A stretch of 64,000 nucleotides of DNA from an uncultured Verrucomicrobiota bacterium (GCA_964519245.1 CAZFLK010000008.1:5854-69853), one strand, 5' to 3'; counted from the stretch's first letter, positions 1 through 11,403 are shown. The notes: a model not told the origin generated them from the letters alone. Numbers and translations: made by a program.

Positions 1-1
1 G

Positions 2-364
2 GAATCTGCGGATCAAAAGGCCAAACGCCTGTGTCGGCCCGAAGTCTTCAAGTGGCTGGAGGCGTTGTTGAAACCGCGGTCGGGATTGAGCATCGAGGAA
101 AACGCCATGACCCGGGAGGTCACAGTCCGATCCGGCACCAGTTCGCTCCTGCGCTACCAATGGAGACAGAGCTCAGACCTGATCTCCTGGAGCGATCATC
201 TCGGCGAATTTGACGGCACGGGCGCCGAGGCGACCAGCGCCATGACGCCGCAGCCCGGCGAACATCTCTTTTTCCAACTCGGCCGCTGGCCCATTCCGCC
301 GCCGCTCGACGATCCCGATCACGCGGGCTTCTTCCTGGATTACGCGGACTTCGATCTCCAGTAG
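2..364 (+). CDS. hypothetical protein, C-terminal fragment (gene starts upstream of the window)
   Basis: Frame 2 is open from base 2 to the TAG at 362-364. The ORF track shows only the part from an internal Met at 65. No family recognised. Confidence 0.35.
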   Translation, partial: ESADQKAKRLCRPEVFKWLEALLKPRSGLSIEENAMTREVTVRSGTSSLLRYQWRQSSDLISWSDHLGEFDGTGAEATSAMTPQPGEHLFFQLGRWPIPPPLDDPDHAGFFLDYADFDLQ

Positions 365-379
365 ACAGCGCGGACGCCC

Positions 380-1885
380 TTACTCCGTCATCGGCTCCAT
401 CGTGAACGGGTCGCGGAGGGGGAGAATCTTGAGCTTGCCGCCGGCGAGGGATTCGAGGCGTTCGGGGTGATCGGGGTGACCCTTGAGCAGGTCGTCCTTC
501 TTGCCAACGACGAGGATCACGAGCTTCTCCGGATTCAGATACTTGTTCGCCACACGTTTAACATCCTTGTTGGTGATCGCTTGGACCCGGTCACGGTAGG
601 TTTTCCAGTAGTTGGGATTCTTGGCGAAGCGGCCGGTGAATTCGTCCTCGGAGAAGGTTCCGGCAACCTGGCTCTTGGTTCCAAAGTTCTGGGGGAAAGT
701 GTCGATGAACGAGGCCTTGCTGACCTTGAGCTCCTCATCGGTGACCTCCTCGTTGCGGATGCGCTCCATTTCCTCCATCACGATGGAGGAGGCATAGGCG
801 ACGGTGCGGTTCTTGGATTGAAAACCCGCCATGAAGATGGAGGGAAAGTACGTGCCGCCCGGGAAGTGGGAACCGGCGGAATAGGCGAGGCCCTCGTCGG
901 AACGCACGCGGTTCATGATGCGCGAGGTGAAGCCGCCGCCGCCGAGGATGTCGTTCATGATGCGGATGGCGAAGTAGTCCGGACTGTCGCGCTGCACGCC
1001 CGGAAGGACGATCGAGACGCGGCCCTGGTTGACATCCTTATCCACGAGGTAGGCGCCGGGCTCGGCGAACTCTATGTCGGTGGGAATCGGCTTGGGCGTC
1101 TCGCCCTCGAACGGCCAGTTGGAAAACAGCTTGTCGAGCTTGGCGATCAATTGGTCGCGGTCGAAGTCGCCATTGGCGGCAACGACAAAACTCTCGGGGT
1201 GAAACCACTTGCGATGAAAGGCCTTCAAGTCGTCCTGGGTGATGGATTCGATGGAGGCCTTGGTGGCGTGTTGATTGGACCAGAAATCCGCGCCCCGGGT
1301 GAGGAAGCCGCGCTCGCGGGATTCGATGTCGCGGGAGTCGTCATTCCGCTGCTTCATCTGTTGCAGGATCTGCTGCTTCCGCAGGTCGATCTTGTCCTGC
1401 TGAAAACGAGGCGAGGTCAGGACCTCGCGCAGGATCTTGAGGCCTTCGTCGAGATCCTTGGAAAGCAGGTTGATGCTGACACTGCCCTGATAATCACCGA
1501 TGCCCGAGGAAACGTCCGCGGCCAGGAAGGCGGTGTGTTCCTCAAACGCCTCGGCGGACCAGGATTTCGCGCCACCCTTGCTGAGCAGGTAGCCCGTAAA
1601 GCTGGCGAGGCCTGCCTTGCCCTTCGGCTCGAGGTACTTTCCGACACGCACCTTGACAGAGAGATTGACCAGCGGCAGTTCCTTATCGGGAACGATGTAG
1701 GCCACCGGTCCGCTCTTCAACTCCACGCGATACTCGGCGGGATTGGGCGGCTCATAGACGAGCGGCTTGAACTTCAGCTTCTCGGGCCGATCCGGGATAT
1801 CGGAAGCGGCGAAGGATGTCGCGGCGAACGAAACCAGCGTCAAACCCGTGATGATTGAAATCGTTTTCATGGAAATGTCTTTCAT
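380..1885 (-). CDS. M16 (pitrilysin/insulinase) family peptidase-like protein, probably the non-catalytic partner
   Basis: Two-domain M16-like sequence. Where the HxxEH zinc motif should be, it reads [12 protein letters not shown]. Signal peptide [23 protein letters not shown]. The ORF-track start at 1921 is TTG; the ATG at 1885 (or 1870) is more plausible. Confidence 0.75.
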   Translation of the reverse strand: MKDISMKTISIITGLTLVSFAATSFAASDIPDRPEKLKFKPLVYEPPNPAEYRVELKSGPVAYIVPDKELPLVNLSVKVRVGKYLEPKGKAGLASFTGYLLSKGGAKSWSAEAFEEHTAFLAADVSSGIGDYQGSVSINLLSKDLDEGLKILREVLTSPRFQQDKIDLRKQQILQQMKQRNDDSRDIESRERGFLTRGADFWSNQHATKASIESITQDDLKAFHRKWFHPESFVVAANGDFDRDQLIAKLDKLFSNWPFEGETPKPIPTDIEFAEPGAYLVDKDVNQGRVSIVLPGVQRDSPDYFAIRIMNDILGGGGFTSRIMNRVRSDEGLAYSAGSHFPGGTYFPSIFMAGFQSKNRTVAYASSIVMEEMERIRNEEVTDEELKVSKASFIDTFPQNFGTKSQVAGTFSEDEFTGRFAKNPNYWKTYRDRVQAITNKDVKRVANKYLNPEKLVILVVGKKDDLLKGHPDHPERLESLAGGKLKILPLRDPFTMEPMTE

Positions 1886-1917
1886 CGGTGTCGATCCGTG
1901 TTGATTCCTGGTTCCGC

Positions 1918-3666
1918 TCAATTCGAACCTCCTTCGATCTCCTTGATCCGGGCCTCAACCTTCTTGCGGTAGATCTTCATGAACTGCTTTTCCTTCTCCC
2001 CCGCCTGGCTCATGCGCGCGGTGACCTGCTCGAGCCCCGCCTTGAGTTTTCCGGCGTCGTTCTCGGCCTTCAACGCGCCGGCGATGCGGCGGATCATGGC
2101 TTTCTGTTGTTCGTCGAGGCCGACGAGATCGGGGTCTTCGTCCTTGCTTCCGCCCGGCTTGCGCGTGTAGGTCGCAACGGCGCGATTCTCCTTGGTGAAG
2201 TATTTCGTTGCCACGCGCTTGATGTCTTCGGTCGTTACCGCGAGGGCCTTCTTGCCGCCCTCGTTGATCTCCTTCCAGTCGCCGAGCCCCTCGTAGAAGA
2301 TCAGTTGGATGAGGATGTAGAAATTGTTGCGGAGCTTGCGGTATTCGTAGGCGGCGAATTGATTCTTCACCTTCTGCAGTTCGTTCTCCGGAACGTCTTC
2401 ATTCTTCAGTTTCTCCAGCTCTGCGTAGATGGCCTGCTCGACTTCCTCAGGCGTCTTGCCGTCCTTGGCCTCGCCGCCGGCATTGAACAGACCGGCCCAC
2501 TTGCGCGAGTCCTGGCGGGCAAAGACGCTGGTGGCTACCTCCTTGCCCAACACCAAACCCTTGTAGAGGCGGCCCGTGCGGTCGGACAGAATCTGGGAGA
2601 TCACATCCAGCACGTAGGAGTCCGGATGGCCAAAGGGAACGGTGTGCCAGAGGATGTCCACCTGCGGATTGGCCTCCACCTCGGCGCGCATGCGCTTTTC
2701 GATCTGCTGATCGAGCTCCAGGGTCACGACATCCGGGGCCTCCTTCTTGCCGCGCGGAATGCGACCGAAATACTTCTCGGCAAACTTCAGCGCCGGGCCG
2801 TTCTGGAAATCGCCGACCAGGACCAGGGTGATGTTCTGCGGCGCATAGTAGGTCGCGTAGAACTCGTCGGCCTGCGCCTTGGAAATGGCGGGAATATCCG
2901 ACGGCCAGCCGATCACCGGCCAGCCATAAGGATGCGACACCCAGAACATGGAGTTGAATTGTTCCTCGGCCCGGCCCAAGGGCGTGGATTCCGTTCGCAT
3001 GCGCCGCTCTTCGAACACCACGTCGCGCTCGGCATAGAATTCACGAAACACGGGGCGCAGCAGCCGCTCGCTTTCCATCCACATCCAGAGTTCCAGTTTG
3101 TTGGAGGGGACGGTGATGAAGTAGCCGGTCTTGTCCTCGGTGGTGAAGGCATTCATGCCTGACGCGCCGGCCGCGGTGTAAATCTTGTCGAACTCATTCT
3201 TCACCAGGATCTCGCGCTGGGCGTCGATGAGTTTCTTGAACTCCGTGTTCAGCTCCTGGTAGCGCTGAGTCTGGTTTTCCGGCTTGAGGATGTCATCGAT
3301 CTCACCGCGTCGATAGGCCGCGCGCATCTTGGCCTCCTCCTTGCGCATCAGGTCGCGCACGCGCTCCTGTTCCGCGATGATCTCCTGGTCCTGCTCGTAG
3401 TCCTTGGTGCCGATGGTCGGCGTGCCCTTGAACATCATGTGCTCGAACAGATGGGCGATGCCCGTGATGCCGGGGCGTTCATTGGAACTGCCGACCTTGA
3501 CAACCCAGCCGCCCGAGACGGTCGGCTCGCCCCGACGCTCCACCATCAGGACCTTCATCCCGTTGGAGAGGGTTTTCTCGATGACAGGCACCTGCGCCTG
3601 CGCGGCAGCGACAGCGAACAGGAGCGCGAGGAGGGGAACAATTCGACGAGTGGCTTTCATGGGCAT
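1918..3666 (-). CDS. M16 family zinc metallopeptidase (catalytic, HxxEH intact)
   Basis: [14 protein letters not shown] contains the inverted zincin motif HxxEH. Signal peptide [25 protein letters not shown] begins at the ATG at 3666. The longer ORF reaching 3741 is a low-quality N-terminal extension. Confidence 0.85.
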   Translation of the reverse strand: MPMKATRRIVPLLALLFAVAAAQAQVPVIEKTLSNGMKVLMVERRGEPTVSGGWVVKVGSSNERPGITGIAHLFEHMMFKGTPTIGTKDYEQDQEIIAEQERVRDLMRKEEAKMRAAYRRGEIDDILKPENQTQRYQELNTEFKKLIDAQREILVKNEFDKIYTAAGASGMNAFTTEDKTGYFITVPSNKLELWMWMESERLLRPVFREFYAERDVVFEERRMRTESTPLGRAEEQFNSMFWVSHPYGWPVIGWPSDIPAISKAQADEFYATYYAPQNITLVLVGDFQNGPALKFAEKYFGRIPRGKKEAPDVVTLELDQQIEKRMRAEVEANPQVDILWHTVPFGHPDSYVLDVISQILSDRTGRLYKGLVLGKEVATSVFARQDSRKWAGLFNAGGEAKDGKTPEEVEQAIYAELEKLKNEDVPENELQKVKNQFAAYEYRKLRNNFYILIQLIFYEGLGDWKEINEGGKKALAVTTEDIKRVATKYFTKENRAVATYTRKPGGSKDEDPDLVGLDEQQKAMIRRIAGALKAENDAGKLKAGLEQVTARMSQAGEKEKQFMKIYRKKVEARIKEIEGGSN

Positions 3667-3857
3667 GGGTCGTTCTGAAATCGCCTGGCGGACTGACACC
3701 GACAGCTTGATACAACTGCCGCAAAGGCGGCCTCGCGTCAACGCGCAAGGGCGCGAAGCGCAACGCTTTGTTCATCCTGCCGGGGAACTTCAGGCCATCT
3801 CGTCGCGGCGCAACCTTCGATTGTCATTCGAATCGAGTTGCCGTTTAATCCCGCGCC

Positions 3858-4835
3858 ATGAGACGCGGTCCCATTTCGAAATTCATCAGGCGGAACTATC
3901 GTCATTTCAACGCGGCGGCCTTGGTTCGGGCGGCGGACGGCTACAACGAGCTCCTGGCGGACGGCGGCAAGATGTTTGTCACCCTGGCCGGGGCCATGAG
4001 CACGGCCGAGCTGGGCATCTCGCTGGCCGAGATGATCCGGCAGGACAAGGTGCACGCGATCTGCTGCACCGGGGCGAATCTCGAGGAGGACATCTTCAAC
4101 CTCGTTGCCCATGATCACTACGAACAGGTCCCGAACTACCGCTACCTCAGCGCCGAGGACGAACAGGCGCTGCTTGACCGACAGCTCAATCGCGTCACCG
4201 ACACCTGCATCCCGGAGGAGGAAGCCATGCGCCGCATCGAGCACGTGGTCGTCAAGGAATGGTCCAAGGCCGACCAGGCGGGGAAACGCTTCTTTCCGCA
4301 CGAGTTCCTGCAGAAGATCCTGCGCGGCGGACGACTGAAGAAGCATTACCAGATCGACCCCGCGAACAGCTGGATGCTGGCGGCGATGGAGAAGAAGCTG
4401 CCGATCTACGTGCCCGGCTGGGAGGACTCGACGCTCGGGAACATCTACGCGGGCCACAACATCAAGGGAACGATCAAGAACGTGACGACGATGCGGAGCG
4501 GCATCGAGTACATGATTGATCTCGCGGGTTGGTATCAGAAGACCAGCCGGAAACATAAGATCGGTTTCTTCCAGATCGGCGGCGGGATTGCCGGCGACTT
4601 TCCGATCTGCGTGGTGCCGATGCTGGAACAGGACCTGGAGCAGAAGGACGTGCAGCTCTGGAGCTATTTCTGCCAGATCAGCGACTCCACCACCAGCTAT
4701 GGCTCCTACTCGGGCGCCGTGCCGAATGAGAAGATCACCTGGGGCAAGCTGGCGCCGGACACGCCGAGCCATGTCATCGAATCCGACGCCACCATCGTTG
4801 CGCCCCTGATCTTCGCGCACGTGCTGGGTTTGTGA
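3858..4835 (+). CDS. deoxyhypusine synthase family protein (bacterial DHS-like)
   Basis: The 325-aa sequence is recognisable as DHS-like: LAGAMSTAELG, CCTGANLEEDIF, FFQIGGGIAGDFPICVVPML, SYGSYSGAVPNEKITWGKL. Confidence 0.8.
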   Translation: MRRGPISKFIRRNYRHFNAAALVRAADGYNELLADGGKMFVTLAGAMSTAELGISLAEMIRQDKVHAICCTGANLEEDIFNLVAHDHYEQVPNYRYLSAEDEQALLDRQLNRVTDTCIPEEEAMRRIEHVVVKEWSKADQAGKRFFPHEFLQKILRGGRLKKHYQIDPANSWMLAAMEKKLPIYVPGWEDSTLGNIYAGHNIKGTIKNVTTMRSGIEYMIDLAGWYQKTSRKHKIGFFQIGGGIAGDFPICVVPMLEQDLEQKDVQLWSYFCQISDSTTSYGSYSGAVPNEKITWGKLAPDTPSHVIESDATIVAPLIFAHVLGL

Positions 4836-4839
4836 GGAG

Positions 4840-5003
4840 AGTATTCAGTATTCAGTTTCAAGAGTCGTCAATGCCTTCCGGAGCGCGGAATTCATTCCGC
4901 GCCCCGTTTCCTGGCCGGCGCAGCCGCCCATCTGAAGAACACCAGATCTTGAATCGCCGCTCCCGTTCTGAATACTGACCGCTGATTACTGATCACTGAT
5001 TAC
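4840..5003. repeat. composite intergenic repeat element (tandem heptamers, 11-bp inverted repeat, central GC hairpin)
   Basis: agtattc x2 at 4840-4853. tcagtattcag (4845-4855) is the exact reverse complement of ctgaatactga (4968-4978). tgattac/tgatcac/tgattac in tandem at 4983-5003. Central hairpin at 4883-4902. Confidence 0.55.
4883..4902 (+). terminator. candidate hairpin terminator downstream of the DHS-like gene
   Basis: gcgcggaa-ttca-ttccgcgc forms a perfect 8-bp stem with a 4-nt loop, 48 nt after the stop at 4835. No clean U-tract follows (cccgtttcc), so function is uncertain. Confidence 0.3.
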
Positions 5004-5014
5004 CGCTCCCTCCC

Positions 5015-5854
5015 ATGTTTCCCGACTATCTCACCATCACCTCCGAGCGCCTTGGCTCCGATTCGCCCGTGTCTGTCGTCATCGACGGCGACAAGGCTTC
5101 GCTCGCGCGCCACTTGGCGGCCGCCATCCTTGAGGAGTTTCGCGCCGGGCAGGCCCGGGGCAACGGGGCGACCTTGATCTTGCCGGTCGGCCCGGTGGAT
5201 CAGTTTCCCATCCTGGCCGCGATGGTGAATGAGGCGAACCTCGATATCCGCGACGCGGTCATCATCAACATGGACGAGTACCTGACCGATGACGCCCAAT
5301 GGATTCCCGCGGACCATCCGCTGAGCTTCCGCGGCTTCATGGATCGCTTGTTCTACTCGCGGCTGAAGCCGGAGCTGGCGCCGCTGGCGGCGAATCGCAT
5401 TTTTCCGGATCCGGACGACTGTGGCGCCATCGGTCGCCTGATCGAGGCGCGCGGCGGCGTGGACGCCTGCTTCGGCGGCATCGGAATCAACGGCCACATG
5501 GCGTTCAACGAACCGCCGGAGCCGGGCGAGACCATGGGCGATGACGCCTTCGCCGCCTTGCCGACGCGGAATCTTTCCCTCTCCCGCGAAACCCGGACGA
5601 TCAATTCCGTGACCGTGGGCGGCGAGACTGCGGTGATTCCGCATCGCGCCGTGACGGTGGGGATGAAGGAAATCCTCGAGGCCAAGCGTTGCCGATTCTA
5701 TTGCAACCGTCCCTGGCAGAGCGCGGTCGTGCGCCGGGTTCTGCACGGACCGCTGACACCGGCATGTCCGGCGTCGTTCCTGCGGACGCACCCGGACGCC
5801 AGCCTGACCGTGACCGATTACGTGGCCGAACCGCCGGATATCATGCTGCGGTAG
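5015..5854 (+). CDS. glucosamine-6-phosphate deaminase/isomerase (NagB) family protein
   Basis: GGIGINGHMAFNEPPEP matches the NagB/6-phosphogluconolactonase-superfamily active-site block. Length of 279 aa fits. Confidence 0.7.
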   Translation: MFPDYLTITSERLGSDSPVSVVIDGDKASLARHLAAAILEEFRAGQARGNGATLILPVGPVDQFPILAAMVNEANLDIRDAVIINMDEYLTDDAQWIPADHPLSFRGFMDRLFYSRLKPELAPLAANRIFPDPDDCGAIGRLIEARGGVDACFGGIGINGHMAFNEPPEPGETMGDDAFAALPTRNLSLSRETRTINSVTVGGETAVIPHRAVTVGMKEILEAKRCRFYCNRPWQSAVVRRVLHGPLTPACPASFLRTHPDASLTVTDYVAEPPDIMLR

Positions 5855-5915
5855 CTGACCGGCAAGTCCCGCAGTCCGAGGTTGTTCATTCGCGTCGACG
5901 TTGAAATAGTCGCGC

Positions 5916-7295
5916 ATGCTCCAGAATCGGAATCGCCCATTCGGCCCTGTCATTCTCATTGGATTGCTGACGACCGCGGGTCTGCTGTGCGCCGCTGACA
6001 AGGCGGCCGGACCAGCGCCCAACATTCTTGTCATCACCGCCGACAATCTCGGCTACGGCGACCTCAAATGCTACAATCCCGGGTCGCCAATACGCTCGCC
6101 GAGGTTGAATCGATTGGCTGCGGAAGGCGTCCGTTTGACCAGCTTCTACACGGCGTCCTCCACCTGCACGGTTTCCCGCGCCTGCCTGTTGACCGGCCGC
6201 GTTCCGCAGCGGCACGGCCTGGTCAACCAGCTTCCCGGATTGGCCGGCAATTATGGCGTCGGGCTGAATCACAAAGAGCGACTGATCCCACATTTCCTCA
6301 AGCAGGCGAAAACGCCCTATGCGACGGGTTGCTTCGGCAAATGGAACATCGGCTTCGCGAAGGGCTCCCGGCCGACCGAGCGCGGCTTCGATGAATTCAT
6401 TGGCCACGCCTCCGGCAACATCGATTACTACAGCCACAACTACGCCGGCAAACACGACCTATACGAGGGCGTGAAGGAGCTGCATCGCCAAGGCGAGTAT
6501 GCCACGGACATCTTCGCCGACGCCGCCATCGATTTCATCCGACGAAAATCAGAATCCGGCGGCCCCTGGTTCTGTTATCTCCCGTTCAACGCCCCGCACT
6601 TTCCCAGCAAGAAGAACAAGAAGCCCGGCCAACCGAACATCTACCAGGCGCCGGATTGGGCCTTCGCAGAGTACGGCCTCTCGCCCAACGAGGCCGATCC
6701 CAAGAAACGCTATGACGCCGTGGTGACCGCCCTCGACCGCGCGATCGGTCGCGTCCTCGACGCCTTGGAGGACAGCAACGTCGCCGACAACACTTTTGTC
6801 TTCTTCATGTCGGACAACGGGGGGTTCCGGCTGGGGCGAAAAGGCCTGGATGTGGGCATCAACGAGCCGCTGCGTCATGGGGGCGTGACTTGTTGGGAGG
6901 GCGGGATTCGCGTCGCGGCCATGGCCCGGTTTCCCGGTCGCATCCAGCCGGGGTCCGTGATCGAGGAGCCCTTCTGGTCTCCGGACATCCTGCTGGCCTG
7001 CGCAAAGCTCGCCGGTATGTCCCTGCCCAAAAAGACGACTTTCGATGGCAGGGATCCACTGCCATTGCTGACGCAAGGCGCGCCGTCGCCGCATGAATCC
7101 CTCTTCTTCACCTTCCGCAATCACGCGGCGCTGCGCGAAGGCGATTGGAAAATCGTACGGGAGAAGCCGAGTCAACCCTGGCAGCTGTTCAATCTGAGGG
7201 AAGACCTCGCCGAGTCACACAACCTGGCGGAGGAACAACCGGAGCGCGTCGAGGAGCTGGCGAGGACGTTCCGGCAGTGGGAGGCTTCGTTCTGA
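5916..7295 (+). CDS. sulfatase (arylsulfatase family S1) with a non-canonical CTVSR maturation motif
   Basis: N-terminal hydrophobic signal. NILVITADNLGYGDL, SSTCTVSRACLLTGR, GKWNIGF, FFMSDNGG are typical type-I sulfatase blocks. The formylglycine motif has Val where Pro is expected (6165-6179). Confidence 0.85.
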   Translation: MLQNRNRPFGPVILIGLLTTAGLLCAADKAAGPAPNILVITADNLGYGDLKCYNPGSPIRSPRLNRLAAEGVRLTSFYTASSTCTVSRACLLTGRVPQRHGLVNQLPGLAGNYGVGLNHKERLIPHFLKQAKTPYATGCFGKWNIGFAKGSRPTERGFDEFIGHASGNIDYYSHNYAGKHDLYEGVKELHRQGEYATDIFADAAIDFIRRKSESGGPWFCYLPFNAPHFPSKKNKKPGQPNIYQAPDWAFAEYGLSPNEADPKKRYDAVVTALDRAIGRVLDALEDSNVADNTFVFFMSDNGGFRLGRKGLDVGINEPLRHGGVTCWEGGIRVAAMARFPGRIQPGSVIEEPFWSPDILLACAKLAGMSLPKKTTFDGRDPLPLLTQGAPSPHESLFFTFRNHAALREGDWKIVREKPSQPWQLFNLREDLAESHNLAEEQPERVEELARTFRQWEASF

Positions 7296-7460
7296 AATTT
7301 CGGCGTCTTCTTTGGGTTTGTGTTTCGCCCGGCGACGGTTAACGTTCGCCATTCCGGCCTCACGGCCGGGATTGACGAAACCTTCCGGGGTTTATCGGCG
7401 TTTCGAGAAAAAACACATGCCGTCCGAGCGGCGGTCCAAATCAGCAGAAGGAAAACATTC

Positions 7461-8497
<1,037 letters not shown>

Positions 8498-8498
<1 letters not shown>

Positions 8499-9271
8499 TG
8501 AGCGCCTGGCAACGTTTCCAGATCTACAACCTCTACATCCCGTCGCGGGAGTTCGCGCATGGGTTCCGGTCGGCCAGTCGCGCGATCCGGGAAAGGTTGG
8601 GGTTGCGCAAGAAGCGCGCGAACGAGGTGGGTTGGAAGCTGCCGGCGGTTCACTGGTCCTCCATTTGCCGCCCGAACGGCGCGCAGTTCCTCGAGACCGA
8701 CAAGGCGGACGGCAATGTCAACCTCACCGAACTCGCGGTCCTCAATGCCCTGTGCCGGACCTATCGACCGAAGCAGATCTTCGAGATCGGCACGTTCGAC
8801 GGCCGCACGACCCTGAACCTGGCTCTCAACTCCGAGGCCGAGGTGCACACGCTCGACCTTCCCGCCGAGGAGCTGGAATCATCGGAAGTCATCGGCGCCG
8901 ACAAGCGCTATGTGGACAAGCCGTCGTCGGGAGCTCGCTTCACCTCGCCGCCGCACAGCGCGTTGCCCTGCGTGAAACAGATCGAGCTGCTGCTGGGAAA
9001 CTCCGCCAAGTTCGACTTCTCGCCCTGGCACGGGAAGATGGATTTCATCTTTGTCGACGGCGCGCACAGTTACGATTTCGTGGTCAATGATTCCGACGTT
9101 GCGCTGAAGCTGCTCAATCCGGCGGGCGGCGTGATCGTCTGGCACGACTACGGCGTCTGGCCGGACGTCGCCAAGGCGCTGCAGGAACTCAAGGAAAAGA
9201 AGCCCGGCCTGCCGCTGGTCCACGTGAAGGGAACCAGCCTCGCGGTGTCAGTGTCCGGCGAAGCGGCGTAG
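8498..9271 (+). CDS. class I SAM-dependent methyltransferase (O-methyltransferase-like)
   Basis: IFEIGTFDGRTTLNLA (motif I-like), DFIFVDGAHSYDFVVND, GGVIVWHDY. The ATG overlaps the MoxR TGA by 1 nt (ctgATGa). Confidence 0.65.
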
Positions 9272-9433
9272 CCGCCACATGGCGCGCGTTGTCAGTCCGG
9301 ACGGACCCACCCCGATTGAACTCTCATTTTCCGCTGCGCGGGAGAGTTCAAAATCCCCTCCGCGGAGGGGAACGGACTCGTGGAGGCGCCCAGCGTCGGG
9401 TAACCATCGACGGCCAACTGCTATATCCTCCGA

Positions 9434-10024
9434 ATGTCCGCTGCCGCTTCCAACGACGACATCGATTACGACGCGCTGATCCGCCGGACGCGCGCCGGCA
9501 ATCTCGCCGCATTCGAGTCGATTGTCCGACGGCTGGAGCGCCCTTTGCGGGCCTGGTTGGCAACCCATGTCTCGCCCGGCGTCGACGTGGATGAAATCGC
9601 GCAGCGGAGCTTCGTCATCGCGCATTCCCAACTCGAGCGCTTCAAGCCGGGAACCAATTTCCCCGCCTGGTTGTTTGCGATTGCTCGATTTCAGTTGAAG
9701 GCGGAACTGACGCGGTTGCGGCGGGTGGCGGACTATCACGCGCGGTTTGCGCCGGATCTGCTGCAACGGGAGCTCGAACGCCGGGCCGATGAACCTGGAG
9801 AGGAACAACAGGAGCGATTGGATTGTCTCAAGGAGTGCGTCGAGTCGCTGGGCGATAACCTTCGCCGCTATGTCTCTTGGCGTTATGAAGAGGAAATCCC
9901 GTTGGAAGCGATGGCGGAGCGGACGGGGCGTTCGGTCGGAGCGATCAAGAAACAACTTTGGCTGATCCGGCGCAAATTGCAGGAATGCGTGGAGGCGAAG
10001 ATGGGAATGAAAGGAGCAGGATGA
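9434..10024 (+). CDS. ECF-type RNA polymerase sigma-70 family factor
   Basis: The 196-aa sequence has a region-2-like part (FESIVRRLERPLRAWL, FPAWLFAIARF) and a region-4 HTH part (LEAMAERTGRSVGAIKKQLWLIRRKL). Resembles the Rhodopirellula/Verrucomicrobium ECF group. Confidence 0.8.
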   Translation: MSAAASNDDIDYDALIRRTRAGNLAAFESIVRRLERPLRAWLATHVSPGVDVDEIAQRSFVIAHSQLERFKPGTNFPAWLFAIARFQLKAELTRLRRVADYHARFAPDLLQRELERRADEPGEEQQERLDCLKECVESLGDNLRRYVSWRYEEEIPLEAMAERTGRSVGAIKKQLWLIRRKLQECVEAKMGMKGAG

Positions 10025-11385
10025 TGAACGAGCAGGATCGATTCGAAGAGCTGTGGAACGATTATGTCGAAGGCGAACTGAACGAAGCCGGCATGGCCGA
10101 GCTGAAGGAACTCCTCGCCGAGGATGGCGCCCGCATGGCCGGGGCGATCGACAGCTTTCAGACGCACCGCCTGCTGGGCTTGTGCGCGCAGGATTCCGAG
10201 GAACGGCATGAGGACTTTGTGCGGCAGACGATGGACGCGCTGCCTGCGGAGGACGAGGCATTCGTCCAAGATGTGATCCAGTCGATCCCCCCGACGCGCA
10301 ACCGACGCCTGGTCCCGCTGATTCCCAATTGGTTGTTGTCGGCGGCGGCGGCCGTCGCGCTGACCGTGGGCGTCTCGTTGTTGACGGACGACGCCTCGCC
10401 GACGATCGCCACGATCAGCGATCTGAGCGGACCGGCGCTGTGGACCGGGGATGAAGGACGGGTGATCCGGGACCTGAAGGCGGGCACGCCGCTCTCCGGC
10501 GGCACGTTGGAGGGAACCGCGCCCAACTCCTGGGTGAAACTGACCTTCAACGACGGTTCGGTCGTGACCTTGTCCGGCGATTCCATGCTGACCTTTTCCG
10601 AATTGGGCCAGAAGGAGCTTCACCTCAAGCGCGGCGGCCTGTCGGCCGATGTGGAGCCCCAGGCCAAACCGATGCTGATTCACACGCGTTCGGCGACGCT
10701 CACCGTCCTGGGAACGCGCTTCGATGTGGAGACGGAACTGGCGACAACGGCGTTGAATGTCAGCGAGGGTCGGGTCGGCATTCAGCGTATCAGCGACGGA
10801 CGTTCGGTCGAAGTGGCGGCGAACCACAGGGTGGTCGCGGCGGCTGATGTGGAATTGACGCCCGTGCGGCTGCCGGAACAGGTCCATTCCTGGCAAAGCG
10901 ACATGAGCCGGGGGCCGAAGACGATGTATGGCAAGTGGGCGCCGGACCAGGGCGAAGACGGCGGTCGTCTTTGGGCGATTCCGTACGTCACGGAGAATGA
11001 GAAGACGATCTTCACGACCGGAGCCTCGGTCTCGCGATCGCGCACGCCGGTGGTTCTCAAACCGGATTCCAAGGTCCGCGTGCGTGGCCGCCTCAAGAAG
11101 CACAGCCATGTGTTTGTCGGCATGACGCTTCGTCATCGCAACGGCGATTTTGCCGGACGTTTTCAGGTTGTGCTTCCGAAGGAGGAGTTCTCGCCGAACG
11201 AGGAATTCGAGCTGACTCTTCCGCTGCCCCGATTCGGACTAGACCCCTCGCTGAATCATCAACGGGCCAAGCTTCCCGTAAAACCCGACGGCCTGATGGT
11301 GGAATCGATCTGGAGCCACAGCCTCTACAATCAGGCGTGGTTGAGTGTCAGTCATTTCGGAATTGAGGAAGCGGCGACGGAATAG
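10021..11385 (+). CDS. FecR-family anti-sigma factor with a long uncharacterised C-terminal domain
   Basis: The ATG at 10021 overlaps the sigma-factor stop (ATGA). N-terminal zinc-finger-less anti-sigma helix (FEELWNDYVEGELNEAGMAELKELL), one TM segment (WLLSAAAAVALTVGVSLL), FecR block (LHLKRGGLSADVEP...TLTVLGTRFDVE...NVSEGRVGI). About 230 further residues have no recognised family. Confidence 0.75.
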   Translation: MMNEQDRFEELWNDYVEGELNEAGMAELKELLAEDGARMAGAIDSFQTHRLLGLCAQDSEERHEDFVRQTMDALPAEDEAFVQDVIQSIPPTRNRRLVPLIPNWLLSAAAAVALTVGVSLLTDDASPTIATISDLSGPALWTGDEGRVIRDLKAGTPLSGGTLEGTAPNSWVKLTFNDGSVVTLSGDSMLTFSELGQKELHLKRGGLSADVEPQAKPMLIHTRSATLTVLGTRFDVETELATTALNVSEGRVGIQRISDGRSVEVAANHRVVAAADVELTPVRLPEQVHSWQSDMSRGPKTMYGKWAPDQGEDGGRLWAIPYVTENEKTIFTTGASVSRSRTPVVLKPDSKVRVRGRLKKHSHVFVGMTLRHRNGDFAGRFQVVLPKEEFSPNEEFELTLPLPRFGLDPSLNHQRAKLPVKPDGLMVESIWSHSLYNQAWLSVSHFGIEEAATE

Positions 11386-11403
11386 GCTCACTGGTCTGGT
11401 TTT

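Noticed and set aside
467-3162. 463-aa and 435-aa plus-strand ORFs (467-1858 and 1855-3162)
   Set aside because: They are antisense to the two M16 peptidase genes, which carry clear family motifs and signal peptides.
3738-6046. Minus-strand ORFs 3738-4820 (360 aa) and 5000-6046 (348 aa)
   Set aside because: They are antisense to the DHS-like and NagB-like genes and have R/H/G-rich shadow composition.
9248-11136. Minus-strand ORFs 9248-10261 (337 aa) and 9883-11136 (417 aa)
   Set aside because: They are antisense to the ECF sigma and FecR genes and are Arg/Pro-rich low complexity.
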